A stretch of DNA of 64,000 nucleotides from Macrostomum hystrix (taxonomy: Eukaryota > Animalia > Platyhelminthes). The notes beneath the pieces were generated by a model. The model was given only the letters and a program-made list of their open reading frames with translations, ran no database searches and had not been told where the DNA came from. Positions 63,401 to 64,000 of this stretch are shown here, one piece after another. Made by a program: the position numbers and the translations under genes. Numbering within the stretch: position 1 is the first letter of the stretch; every line of letters begins with the position of its first letter. Where the stretch lies: NCBI GenBank assembly GCA_950097015.1, contig CATNEN010000033.1, positions 1,860,001 through 1,924,000 of the forward strand, read 5' to 3'.

Positions 63401-64000
63401 CTTAAACGCATGAATGCCTCGACAATCAGTGTGCGCTTGCTGCACGAAAGGCGCCTCCTCGGATGTTCTACCACCTAGGGCTGCGGTTTCATTGTAATAG
63501 TTGCACTTGTATCGCAGCTAATTGCTGCCGAACTCGATGCTAGCGACACGGCGGAGGCTCCTCTGAAAGTAGCGGCTTTTCCTCTGAAAAGCGCTGCACG
63601 CAGAAGTCGCCCCGAGGCGGGATCTGACGAGTCGTGCTTTCTATCATCCCGGCCATCCCGGGCCACGAACAGTGGCTGTGACATGTCGCAAAAGTACTCA
63701 CGCCGAAGTAAACACCAAATAAATGAGAGGCTATGTCTGCAAGTAGCACTAGCATAAGGGTGAGTGCAATGCTGACAATATTGCTGTTAGGAGCCAGGAT
63801 CCTTTGTGAGCACCCATTCGATCAGACCACGAGGCGTCTGGCCCTTGAAACCTACAGTATAACATATAGAACAGCTTCATTTGAATTTTACTTTCCAAGA
63901 AGCCTTAGGCATGGCCCAATTTATCTTAGTCAAGTGAATAAAGTAAAATTAACCATAAAATGATAGACGCCGTCTGCTTTCATACCTTAGTCTTGAAAGT

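Noticed and set aside
60471-63963. Numerous 60-120 aa ORFs, including a Cys-rich one at 62754-63005
   Set aside because: No homology recognised and no coherent splice structure. Real exons could be hidden here, but I cannot support any.

Overview
Eukaryotic (metazoan) genomic DNA with spliced genes, GC3-rich exons and about 45% tandem repeat. The style resembles a free-living flatworm such as Macrostomum, but this is inference only. Spliced genes reconstructed by hand: Vps52 (minus, N-terminal exons only, runs off the left edge); 14-3-3 epsilon (minus, 3 exons, 256 aa); UBE2H (minus, 6 exons, 191 aa, spread over 23 kb); a paxillin/leupaxin-like 4-LIM protein (plus, N-terminus unresolved); a CREC-family EF-hand protein ending in RDEL (minus, 3 exons, 351 aa); and an orphan single-pass membrane protein ORF (minus). 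UBE2H intron 1 has U12 (minor spliceosome) signals. It holds a compact Ty3/Gypsy element with identical LTRs and a 5-bp TSD, plus an unrelated solo LTR. UBE2H intron 5 is filled by a 14.5-kb 20-bp satellite with higher-order structure. A 68-nt Vps52 exon sits between inverted arms of one minisatellite. Vps52 starts very close behind the 14-3-3 stop, in an operon-like arrangement. No rRNA, intact tRNA or CRISPR array was found. All coordinates were counted by hand, and repeat boundaries are approximate.
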